Assembly: GCA_977017645.1 (NCBI GenBank)
Contig: OZ360239.1
Coordinates: forward strand, 7,688,001 to 7,752,000
Source of the DNA: Torpedo marmorata
Lineage: Eukaryota
Length of the DNA stretch: 64,000 bases
Reading direction: 5' to 3'
Both the position numbers and the translations under genes were made by a program. Positions 36,816-47,365 of this stretch are shown piece by piece. Numbering within the stretch: position 1 is the stretch's first letter; every line of letters starts with the position of its first letter. The notes beneath the pieces were generated by a model. It did no database searches. It was not told where the DNA came from and was given only the letters and a program-made list of their open reading frames with translations.

Positions 36816-37151
36816 AAAACACACCGAAATGCTGGAGGAACTCAGCCTGTCTTGCAGCGTCCAGTTTTGGTGCTGCCTCATGCACCCATGATGAGCTCGT
36901 CGACTTCACCCACTTTGCTGCCAACTTCCACCCAACCTCAAATTCACTTGATCCATCTCGAGCAACCTCTCCCTTTCTTCGATCTCTCTGTCTCCATCTC
37001 GGGAGACAAACTCTCCACAGATATCTTCTACAAACCCTCCAACTCCCACAGCCATTTAAAAATATATGGGCGCAGCGAGACCGGCTGAGTTCCTGCAGCA
37101 TTTCGGCATGTTTTCACTGCAATCACAGCGTCTGCAGACTTTCCTCTTTCA
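36816..37151. mobile_element. Penelope fold-back element enclosing an RT fragment, long TSD
   Basis: Inverted arms AATGCTGGAGGAACTCAGCC / GGCTGAGTTCCTGCAGCATT; the interior encodes ELVDFTHFAANFHP..LPFFDLSVSISGDKLSTDIFYKPSNSH (PLE RT-like); direct repeat CTCACTTGTTGCAGCT at 36800-36815 and 37152-37167. Confidence 0.85.
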
Positions 37152-37702
37152 CTCACTTGTTGCAGCTGCCCAGGTACACAACGCAAAACAACATATTAGA
37201 GAAAATAAAGGTGATAGTACAAAAGAGGAAAATAAATAATAACATCATAATAAATAAATAATAAGATATAAATTACTAATACCAACTAATAATAAATGGT
37301 AATAATATATCACAAGGAATTGGGAAATAAAATTATCCAATACCCTGCACCCGGTTTGTAGGCAACTTAACTTCTGTTATTTTTGCCCCACTTGTTTTCA
37401 CCTGGAATCCAAAAGTCCAAGGAAAATGGATCTGCTTTCCCTCTTAATTCTGGGTGTAATTTACATAAAACAGATAAACCTCTTGCCAGTTGTAAAGCGT
37501 AATTTGATTGATTTACTGACTGCTCTGATAATATTTCCAGCTCGATTATCTTCCACGTGCACATTAACAGCACCGTGCATTTCCAACTGAAACAGTTAAT
37601 GGTGGGTCTATCTAACGGCACATCACTGCCACCTTCAGCTAGATACTCGTTGCTCGCCGGGCATTTCTCCACCACACACGCGCGGGGGTGGGGGGTGGGG
37701 GG

Positions 37703-37741
<39 letters not shown>

Positions 37742-38833
37742 TATCTGACCTGCTGAGAATTTGCAGCTATTTTTAGTTTTACAGTATGTTTGTTTGACAT
37801 GGTANNNNNNNNNNNNNNNNNNNNNNNNNNNNNNNNNNNNNNNNNNNNNNNNNNNNNNNNNNNNNNNNNNNNNNNNNNNNNNNNNNNNNNNNNNNNNNNN
37901 NNNNNNNNNNNNNNNNNNNNNNNNNNNNNNNNNNNNNNNNNNNNNNNNNNNNNNNNNNNNNNNNNNNNNNNNTTAAGATCATTCAGCCTGTCGTGCCTGG
38001 GCTTGTTTTTTTGAAAGAGTGATAGATATCAAATCACGCGTCATAACGCAGCATTATTTCCCTTTTGAGGTACGTATCCAATTTGAAAGTTGCCATTGAA
38101 TCTGCCTCTCCGCCCCTTTCAAACCGGGGACTCGAATTAATAACAACTCGCTGCAAAGATGAAATTTTCGCCTCCTCTGCGGTTGTTTTGTCAATTGCCT
38201 TGAGACCGTGGCCCACTGGCACTGCAAATAAAGACTCCTTGTTTACTACACGAAAGTAGGCGTGAGTCTGAACAACTCCACATTAGACCTTCACTCCTCA
38301 GCATAACCATCAATAGCCTCTCATATATTCAACTCGCAGAGGGCTCAGGCGGTGCTTCATCGGTGTTGGGACCAGTTGGACTGTTGTTGAGATATTCGCC
38401 AGCTTTAGCCAGAGAAGTTGTTGGGTTCGAATTGCATTACTTCATTCGGCGATTTTCTTTTCTCCCTTCTCCCTCGACGTTCCGCTTTCAGGGGCCCTGG
38501 GATCCGACGCGCACCCATCATTGCAGGCTGGTTTTGAAAAATGTGGGAAGGGCTTGGAATTGGCTATTGGATACTCGAAGGACAATAAATTGGGTCGGTA
38601 AGCTAATCGGTGATCACTTGGAGTGGAGGTACGCAGTTACTCAGAGAGGAACCACGCAAAGTTTGAGTGAACATCGAGCTGGAGGGACTCAGCGGGTCAA
38701 CCAGCATCCAGGGATACAATTAGCCAGTCGAGTATATACCATTTATCGAGACTCCACCACCCCACAGTATCCACCCAGTCCCACAGTGCCTGCAGGACGT
38801 TCCCTGCTTCCTACTGCCTTAATGAAGGAATTA

Positions 38834-38960
38834 CCTTGATGAAGGGCTCAAGCCCGAAACGTTGATTATGTATCTTTATCTTTGCTACATAAAGTACACT
38901 CCAGAGTTTCTCCAGCATTGTGTTTTTACTTCAATCACGGTGTCTGCAGACTTTTTTATT
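38834..38960 (+). mobile_element. Penelope-terminus mini-element nested in an older fold-back (~38675-39120)
   Basis: CCTTGATGAAGGGCTCAAGCCCGAAACGTTGATTATG..TCTCCAGCATTGTG..GTCTGCAGAC. Confidence 0.85.
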
Positions 38961-41900
38961 TTATTTCCCCACTGCCTTAAGTACGTGGTCAAGGGTGTTT
39001 GGAACAACGTTTTCTTGACTGGCTATTATTTCTCTCCGTGGACGCTGCGTGACGCGCGGAGGGCCCTTCCACAGCTTCTCATTGTTTGTTCCAGATCCCA
39101 GCAACTGTGGTTTTTGTATTCCTCACGCAAATATGAAACTTATCAACATGAGACATACTTGTCCATAACAGTGCAATATCATTGATACTATTCATTTCCT
39201 CTCCTCTGTTTTATTTTTTTAAATTTCCAGTTGAAAAGCAATTGAAATGTCTTTCGTGGGATCTTGCTAACCCTTGGTGTTCATTTGACCTTGCCGTTTG
39301 TTTTGGAACAAAAATTATAGAAAAAGGTTTGCATTGCAGAGTTTCGGGTCAGGTGATGTGATACCAATCTGAAACTCCAATTGCATTGCAAACACTCACC
39401 AGCTCTTGGTTAAAGTGGGTCCGCGGGCATCGCCACTCTGTCGCCACTTTTATTTACTCGGATTCAATGCAAGGATCTTATCCTGCTAATGCGGGTGTAT
39501 CTCACCGGTAGTGAAGCAGCCGGGAAAGTGGGCCCGTCTTCTGGACAGTCACCACTTAAAGACCATCCTATTGTTTCCTACTAATTACCTCCCCATTAGA
39601 CCCTCGGACCCACAATGGTAGCAACAGGTCCCATCTTATCTCTTCGGGATGATCGGTGGATGTGTCTGTCCCTGTAAGCAAGCCGTGTCTGCTGAACACA
39701 TTGACAGGTCCAAATGAGAATAATATATGACTACCTTTTCAAGCTAATCACAGTGCCGGTGTAAGCAACACTCTCTGCTGTCGCATCCATTTTTAACATC
39801 TATTTTTACTGTGTTTTTATTACTATTAGTCCTTGCCTGTTTGAATAATGAGGCCCACGTTTCTGGTCGTAACTTGTGGGGCCACGTAAACACGCTGCTT
39901 AGCCCGTTTCCTTTTTTAAATCTATTCCACCGAAACCTTTATCACGTGTTTATTTCACAGTTCTGCAAGATCGCAGAAGTGGTTCGTAAATTAGGATAAC
40001 AAACAGCTGGTTCACTACTAAACGAAGAGCATCAGGCTTGCAACGGGAGACTGGGACATGACACAAAGTGTGCCCACCACTGCAGCTGGGAAGTCTAAAT
40101 TTAATTAAATGCATTTCGAATGCAAAGTTGGTATTAACATTTGGGCAATAGCACAGCCGGGTTGTTTTTTTAAAAATAAATGTGATCACTACTGTCGGTC
40201 AGAGGTAGATATCTATCAATGCCTCGCGGCCTGGCCAGAATTACCTCCAGACCTAGTGCACTGTGTAGTGTCATCTTGTTGGTTTCTTAGTTCAAGGACA
40301 GGTAAGGATAATTGAGGGTGACCCTATATACCAGAAGTGAGCGAAGAATTAAGACGACAGATCCGTTGTTAGGTGGAAAATCGACACATTTTCTTCCAAA
40401 ATATGGACGAAATTTATGAAAATATGGACAAAATATATGAAAAAAGAGCAAGGAAGTTTGTTGCCCATACTCCCCTCAACCCTCACAGATGGAAACCCCA
40501 TCTCGATTTCTAACCCCACTCCAATTTTCCGTTTCTTCTCAAATATATAAAACAAAAACAAAACGCGGTTCACGAGACTGTTTGCCATCTGCTGTTCGAT
40601 CTATTGCAAAGGAACCGAGAGTTACTGTTTGGGTAACGGAATCTGGAGTTTTCCAGAGCCGTGGCTCACAACCAGAAAGAATAATGTAGCGCGTCGAATT
40701 GATCAGAACTGTGAAATGTAGTGAAGATGGTTAATGAACTCCCATTACTGCTTCATTTGAACTTAACAGTGGTGCGGATCTATAAACTCTCTTGTTTGGG
40801 ATCAAAGGGAGAGAGAGAGAGAGAGAGATGTTTCTGTGTTTGACAAACAGACCCCCGTGAGTGTGGCTGATGTACTTGCAAAATTCTATTTACCTGAAGG
40901 TATGATTTCTGTATGCACGTATAATTCCCATGTGTTTACAGGTTTGCGTATATTCCTGTTACAGCCTGAATGTATTTCAAATAGTGCATGCACGTGCGTG
41001 GAGCATTATTCCATGTGAATGAGTGCGTGAGAATGCCTTCTGGGACAGATGAACACACTCCGAATACTTTGCATTCACGAATGAAACATTCTTCAAATAT
41101 TACGAGAAAGTAAACCCGGTTCTTTATATAATTAAATCAATCGTTTTTAAAAAATATATAATAAAATCTGATTACATTAGCAAACTATTTTAATATGCAA
41201 TAGAATGTGCTGAGATAATTTTCTAAAATAATACTTTGTATAAATTCATAGTTAAAATACTATCAATAATTTCGTTAAGGGAAGGGTTCATGCGAGCGAC
41301 TCTGCTGGAAAAGAGAAGTCTGATCTAACTGACTTCAGAGCTATGTCTGTGAGGTATTACATGTAGTTCAGTGGAACATGACATTTCCGGCTTTCTCGCC
41401 ACCGCGTTCAGTTTTAGTTTTGCACGTTATGGTTTTCCTTGCACAATTGTGAAAGAAACTTTTCCCATTCAATTGGGGGGTTCCGGTTCTTTAAAACGAG
41501 GACCAGCTCGTCAAATAACAAAACATAAAGCCCATTAACGCTCTCGAGCAATTTTCCGTGCCTGCTGTAAATTGTGGTTTCAATGCACTGTTTTACTTCC
41601 CTCTCGCCTGTTCTCTGCCTCCCCCTTCCCATTTCTGTGCCTCGCAAAGTTGCAACGAGGAGGGACTTGAAACTTTTTTTAAAAATCCCAGCACAAGTTG
41701 ACAGACTTGCAACAATAATAATGCCGCCCGGGCCAGTGTACCTCCCGCTGAATCCTTGGCCTTAAGGCGGCGAGTTGCTGCGGGAACCTCCCCTCTCCCT
41801 AATCAGACGCTTTTCACCGAGGACACACACACAAAAGTTAAGATGGAGACAAAAAAAGCAAACAGATTTTGGGCATCGTTCTATTAATCAGCCTATTAAA

Positions 41901-42825
41901 TGAGGCATATTTACAAACGTCAATCTCGGCGCTTTAGGGTTTTGTTTCCGAGCGAACTCTCTGTCCCTCCAACACACAACTTTTGTTCAAAAACTAATAA
42001 AAGCCATTGTACGTACGTTGCTCCCGAATTCGGACATTCTTTCAGCGTATTTAGGGATCCTAATCACACCTCTCAAAGGGCTTTTTTCCCTATATAATAA
42101 CTTTCTCTTTCACCGCGCTTGGCACATGAACAATTCGTGCCGAGTGTGGCAGGAGATATCCTCCCCACCTCTCTTTGAGAGGCGATTTAGCAAAGGACAC
42201 GCTCAAACAAAAGCAGCTTTTTGGGCGGTTTTGGCACAGCGTTTGAATAAACATGTAATTATTTTTTTTAACACAGAGAATTAAATTTCGTCCAGAGATA
42301 TACTCTCTTTTAAAAAAAAACATAACAATTTCAACTCCCCCTCCCCCAAACAAAACAAAACGATGGTTTCCGTACCTGATGTTATTCATGTGACTCGTTA
42401 GTGTCCACAAAAAGTTGAGGTGGCGCTTTCAGTCTTTTGCTGAACTCTCCACGTTGCTAACCTGTCGTCTCCCTTCACGAGTACTTGGATCAGTTAAAGT
42501 GTGGAAAAATGCAAGCACTGTGCGCTCTAATAACCTGCAGGTGAAGCGGCCTTTCTTTCCATTGCGTTTAAGTGCATTTGTATGTTTATAGCGAAGTTTG
42601 CGCTCTTACCGACGGTTGTTGTCAGGTACAGATATCCAATCACCCGGCAGATGGGGAAGACATTTTAACTGCTGCATTTAAACGAGCAACGTTTGCTAAC
42701 GTCCCTCTTGTTTTTTTTTGACGGAGCTGTTGGATTTATGTTAAGGTCGTTGCCTGTCAAAAATAATGGACCCAAAACAAACATGTCTACACAGACTACA
42801 TGTATGAACATATTGCACCTCAACG

Positions 42826-42831
42826 TTTATT
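42826..42831 (-). terminator. Candidate nkx2-3 polyadenylation signal (AATAAA)
   Basis: First AATAAA I find downstream of the stop on the minus strand (~1.17 kb 3' UTR), followed by a GU/U-rich tract (ATGTTTGTTTTGGG). ATTAAA variants occur earlier. Confidence 0.55.
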
Positions 42832-43993
42832 TTTTTTAAAACTTCATTTAGTGTATTCCAACTGTTCTTTGTATAGTAGTATGCATTGTACAAGCTGGGG
42901 GAGGGGAAATCCTTCAGTAACAATGGGCTATGCTCTCTACACAACTTTATACATGTGGTTTAAATTTTTAGTCATAACTGGAGTACAATTTTAAACGAGG
43001 CTTCGGATGCACAATACATTTCTAGACAAAAATGTAGATGCGTTGATATATTTCTAGCGCATGTTAAAGAAACCCTGTCCCGAAACTTTTAAGTTTTAAC
43101 GCGTTCTTTTTGCTTTTGTGGTGTTTTGAGACATTGAACCTGCGCACAACCTCTACTCTAAATGCTGTCCGGGGTCTCTTGTATCACTCTCGAAAGTAGG
43201 GGAACGCAACTGCTTCTATCTGCGGTGCCAATGGCGATTGGAGGCTCAGATGAGGCGTCGCCGCCCTCCATTCAGAAAGAGTGTGGGGGAAATGCCCTGT
43301 GTAAAATCCAAGCCGAGCAGTTGGAAAACTTGAACTCAGGATATAAAATCTGGAAATAAACATGGTAGCAGTTAAATCCCGCAAATACCCTGTTTACCAT
43401 GTTCTTTGGAGCAAGTAGCCTTTTAGCGAGTCTGGTCCCACACCTACATGATTGCTTCTCAAGTGGACCTCATCAGTTCAAGAAGGCGCCACGCCACCTT
43501 TAGAGAAGAGTGTGGGATGATGGTCAGAGTCCAAACACATCTACATAGCTTGTAGGCCCCTTTTCTCTTTGTCACCTCTGCCCAAACGTGGTGGCAGGGA
43601 TAATGAGTCGTCAGGAATCTACAAACGGCTGCAAAACCAAAGCCGAACACCACTATATTTGGGGTGTAGCTGGAACCCCCTCCCCCTTTATCTTCCTAAC
43701 ACCCCATTCCCCATTCATCTGCGGTGGATCACACAATTCAAGAGGGCAGATATGGCTTTGGTGCCTGGGGGAAGCTTAATTACACGGGTTAGGAGATATT
43801 AAGCAAGAGTCAGGCAGAGGACCTGGTTAATATTTGGCATACAGCTCCCCGCCGATGGTATTTAATACTGGCTTCTCCAGGCAGGTCTCTTGAAATGTAT
43901 TTGTAACGGTGGCCGTTTTTGTTTCAAATGACCTAATTTAATATGGTTAGAGCAGCTGAATACATCCACAAGCGTCTGCTGTCACAAGTTTGC

Positions 43994-44622
43994 TCACCAG
44001 GCTCTGATACCCTGTAGAGTTCCTTGGCAAGCAGGCATGGCGGTTGCTTGATGAGACTGGGCCTGCATCGCGCTGTTAACGTTACTGAGGTCCACGTTCA
44101 TGAAGGCGTTGGGTGCCGAGGAAGGCTGCAGTGAAGGTATGCTGGTGTATGTGTAGTTTGCGTTGTAGGCCGGGCTGCCGCCGTAACCGGCGTATGATGA
44201 TGGGTAACCGTTGTAAGCGTACGCGTTGGCGCCGACGCTGTAAGGACTGGCGTAACTCTGGGATCCCGCCATGCAGGGCTTGCCGTCCCGGACCAGGACC
44301 GGGACGGCCACACGTCTGGGAGGAGGTGGGTGGTGATGGCCCGCGAGTTCCAAGGATTTGTCCTGACGTTGCCTTTTGCACTTGTAGCGCCGGTTCTGAA
44401 ACCAGATCTTGACCTGAGTGGAGGTGAGTTTGAGAGTGTTGGCCAGATGTTCCCTCTCCGGGGCGGACAGGTATCTCTGCTGCTTAAACCTTCTCTCCAG
44501 TTCGAAGACCTGGGCTTGTGAGAAAAGCACACGGGGTTTCCGTCTCTGCCTCTGCTTCGGTCGCTCGGCATCTTCGCTCTTGTTCTCCTCGCTTTCTGGA
44601 GACTTCTTCAAACTGCAGTTTT
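43994..44622 (-). CDS. nkx2-3: NK2 homeobox 3, coding exon 2 (homeodomain, NK2-SD, Tyr-rich region, GIRAW end)
   Basis: Acceptor TTTTTTTTTCTCTGCAG| ends at 44623 and its phase matches exon 1 (942 nt total, 313 aa). Homeodomain [60 protein letters not shown] with NK2 Tyr54; VFEL, EREHLA and QDKSLEL are NKX2-3-type; NK2-[17 protein letters not shown]; ends GIRAW-TGA. Confidence 0.97.
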
Positions 44623-45987
44623 CTGCAGAGAAAAAAAAACCGCCCATTAATAGCATGATTGTCATAAACCCTAGGCTTCTCCACCTCCTACAAGAGGGAA
44701 TGAGATTTCGGGATCCGGGAGTAAATTTGTTTAAGATTGCATCGATAATGAATTCAGAGTTATGGGATTAAAATCCACTTCAAAACAGACAGATTTAAAG
44801 AGGTGCTTCTCACAATGTCTGGAATTCAGGAACTGCATTTAGTCTAAAGTAATATTTTAGACTGCTTAATCATTACGCTGATTTAAATTCAAATTGAGTG
44901 TTAAACTCTCACCGCTCGCATTATATAGAAAATCATTTCAATTACGCTGAATGAAATAAAATCACCCTGTTTCCTCACAGGATTTTTTGTGAAGGCAACA
45001 TTTTCATGAAAGTACAAGGTTTTGCCTACTTCGAAGTGTATGATTCGACAACGGTACAGAACTAGACCTCAGTATGATACGTTAACACCAAAGCACAACA
45101 GTAAATGTCTTCAGCAAATACTTGAGTTTATAACACGTTTGAATAACTGTGGTAAGCGATCACTCTGAACATAGATCGAAAATAAGGACACGTATTTTTG
45201 CAGCTTGTTTGAACCTACATCTGAACGCATTGTAACAACAGCAGCAATAATAAAAATATAGGCGTGACAGGAACGTAAGCGATCAGAAATTACAGCCTTA
45301 ATTATTATTTGAATAAGACGAGTTATAATTTGTTATAAATCGTTATACTTCGAGGTTGCCAGTGGAAACCAACCCCACTTTCCTGAATAAGACTTTTCAA
45401 CATAAAACACCCCCCTAACTGAATCGTCATTTGTCCCCACGTAATTAAAACTAGTTCGAGCCCTCAGAGTTTTTAAACGTTCTCGAAAATAAATTTAAGG
45501 AGTGATTCTGGACCCAAACGAGGTTAATTTTGACGCCATATCAATAGGCTCGGCGAGGGCTGTATAACTTCCATCGAAGCGATAATAGAATTAGCAGGTT
45601 TTTACATTGGAACTCAGCATCAAAACAAATGCTGCAATAAAACACGAAAGTCTGCAGACACCGTGATTGAAGTAAAAACATAATGCTGGAGAAACTCAGC
45701 AGGTTAAACAGTGTATTTTATATAGCAAAGGTACCTTGATGAAGGGCTCAAGCCCGAAACGTTGGTTATGTATTTTTATCTTTGTTATATAAAGGACACT
45801 GTTTGACCTGCTGAGTTTCTCCAGCATTGTGTTTTTACAAATACTGCAACGCCGGCTTTGCAAAAGCACATTTTTAAAACAGTTGCAACAGGGCCGTGGT
45901 ATTAAACTGGAAAAAGCAGAGATATACGACATTGTTTAACAGACCAATGAAATGCTTTACAACAAAAACGTGTTTTCGAATACTTAC
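44623..45987 (-). other. nkx2-3: nkx2-3 intron (1365 bp, GT-AG, phase 1)
   Basis: GTAAGT donor and polypyrimidine tract plus CAG acceptor; a single intron upstream of the homeobox is typical of NK2 genes. Confidence 0.93.
45638..45836. mobile_element. Penelope-terminus fold-back with hammerhead-like loop, inside the nkx2-3 intron
   Basis: ~59-bp inverted arms (45672-45730 / 45780-45838); loop ACCTTGATGAAGGGCTCAAGCCCGAAACGTTGGTTATG; TSD ACAAAT(G/A)CTGCAA at 45625-45637 and 45837-45849. Confidence 0.9.
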
Positions 45988-46300
45988 TCTTGTCCGCACT
46001 CCGTAGAATCACGTCCTCTAACTTGTTTTCACACGGACTCCTGAGAGCTCCGTGAACATAAAGCTCGGGAGAAAGACTGACGTCCCCGTGGCTGTCTTGC
46101 GCCGACAGAGAGTTCAGAAAGGAGATTTTCTCCTCGCTGTCTTCGAAACTAGACATTTCTCCCGCGGCGTGCATGCAAGAAGACGGAGACTGGAACTGAG
46201 ACGGTAAATCCGGCCGCAAATGATGGTGCGACTGCTGCTCCAGATTCAGGATATCTTTGACCGAGAATGGCGTCGATGTGACCGGACTTGGAAGCATCAT
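45988..46300 (-). CDS. nkx2-3: NK2 homeobox 3, coding exon 1 (TN/eh1 domain)
   Basis: MMLPSPVTSTPFSVKDILNLEQQ is the NKX2-3 N-terminus (NKX2-5 starts MFPSPALTPTP). ATG at 46300; the exon ends at the canonical donor AAG A|GTAAGT (GT at 45987), phase 1, 313 nt. Confidence 0.96.
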
Positions 46301-46539
46301 TGAGGAAGATGCGACGAATTTAGGAATGAATCCGCCAGTTTAAACGCCTTTTCTTTGGAAAAATCCAGCACGCTTGTTCTTCCTCTTTCTAAATTGCAAT
46401 AGAAATGCAAAAGATTTAAAACTCCCCGTAATTGCAAGTGATTCTCCTGTCGTGTAAAAAGAAAAATTACATGCAGTCACCGTGCATGAGGTGGGAATTT
46501 TTTGCCCCACATCATTCACTGTGGAGGATCGACCAGTCC

Positions 46540-46800
46540 AGTTTTGTTACTGCTCGGCCACCCCGGGAAGCGGGTGTCGTCACAATGGAGAGAGGCGGAG
46601 CAGAGCCCGGGGACGTCGCTCGTTCACTTGCGCCTCAGATGGGAGGGAGAGGGGTGGGAAGCAGGGAAAGGAGCCCAGTTGTTACCCGCTCTCCGATTGG
46701 CCGAGCCGGGCCTTTCACGTCTGCTCCACATCAACCTCCCCCGGGCAAAGGAAGGTCGCGCGCCTTAAGGTAGCAGCTACATTCCCCCTTGCGCGAAGTC
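46540..46800 (-). promoter_or_regulatory. nkx2-3 proximal promoter region (GC/CpG-rich, CCAAT box)
   Basis: GC/CpG-rich block 240-500 bp upstream of the ATG; CCAAT on the minus strand at 46696-46700; NK2/E-box-like CAAGTG at 46625-46630 (another at 46435-46440 in the leader). The TSS cannot be determined. Confidence 0.6.
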
Positions 46801-46979
46801 ATGCAAAGTATGATTCCAAATGAAACCTTTTAATCCTTGCTTTGAGACTGTAGATATTAAGTGCCCGGTCAAGCTGTTCTTCATAAAAATATAGATATTT
46901 AAACAAAGCTCGAAAACAAATATACGTTTTACTAAATCTCATACTTGCATGATAGCCATTCCTGTTAAATAGAAAACAG

Positions 46980-47175
46980 AGTAAAACACAAAAGTCTGCA
47001 GACACCGTGGTTGAAGTAAAAACACAATGCTGGAGAAACTCAGCAGGTCAAACAGTGTCCTTTATATAGCAACGTTAAAGATACATAACCGACATTTCGA
47101 GCTTGAGCCCTTCGTATCTTAATTTTTGCGATATAAAGTACACCGTTTGGCTGTTTCTTCAGCATTGTGTTTTTA
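46980..47175. mobile_element. Penelope-terminus fold-back upstream of the nkx2-3 promoter
   Basis: Full arm 46980-47112 (core truncated) followed by a degraded inverted arm. Confidence 0.85.
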
Positions 47176-47219
47176 TATATATATAAATTAAACCTTTCCA
47201 GCTTATTAATACGTAAGTA

Positions 47220-47365
47220 GTCAAGTCGTCAAGTTTATTGTCATCTGATTGTTCAATTACAACCCGACGAAACAGCGTTCTCCTGTCCTCGGTGCAAAAC
47301 ATGCAGACACACAACCAGACATAACACACATGCAGACAAACGATACATATGCAGGACATGTATTT
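47220..47365 (-). mobile_element. Rex1/Babar-like 3' tail
   Basis: Reverse complement of 8765-8900. Confidence 0.85.

Noticed and set aside
44613-44618. Second CTGCAG acceptor 10 nt into exon 2
   Set aside because: Would shift the frame before the homeodomain and lacks an adjacent polypyrimidine tract.
44623-44665. N-terminal [14 protein letters not shown] of ORF 43994-44665
   Set aside because: Intronic read-through across the polypyrimidine tract; the real exon starts after the CAG at 44623.
44082-44771. Alternative-frame and antisense ORFs over exon 2 (up to 157 aa)
   Set aside because: Expected shadows of a GC-rich coding exon; no recognisable domains.
45638-45836. Classical DNA-transposon MITE or pre-miRNA reading of the fold-back elements
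   Set aside because: Arms are asymmetric, TSD length varies, and the same sequence follows a Penelope endonuclease at 3522-4031.
45902-45987. C-terminal SKYSKTRFCC... of ORF 45902-46300
   Set aside because: Read-through past the GTAAGT donor into the intron.
43994-46300. Identification as nkx2-5 or nkx2-6
   Set aside because: [32 protein letters not shown] and QDKSLEL match NKX2-3; a tree plus synteny would be the formal test.
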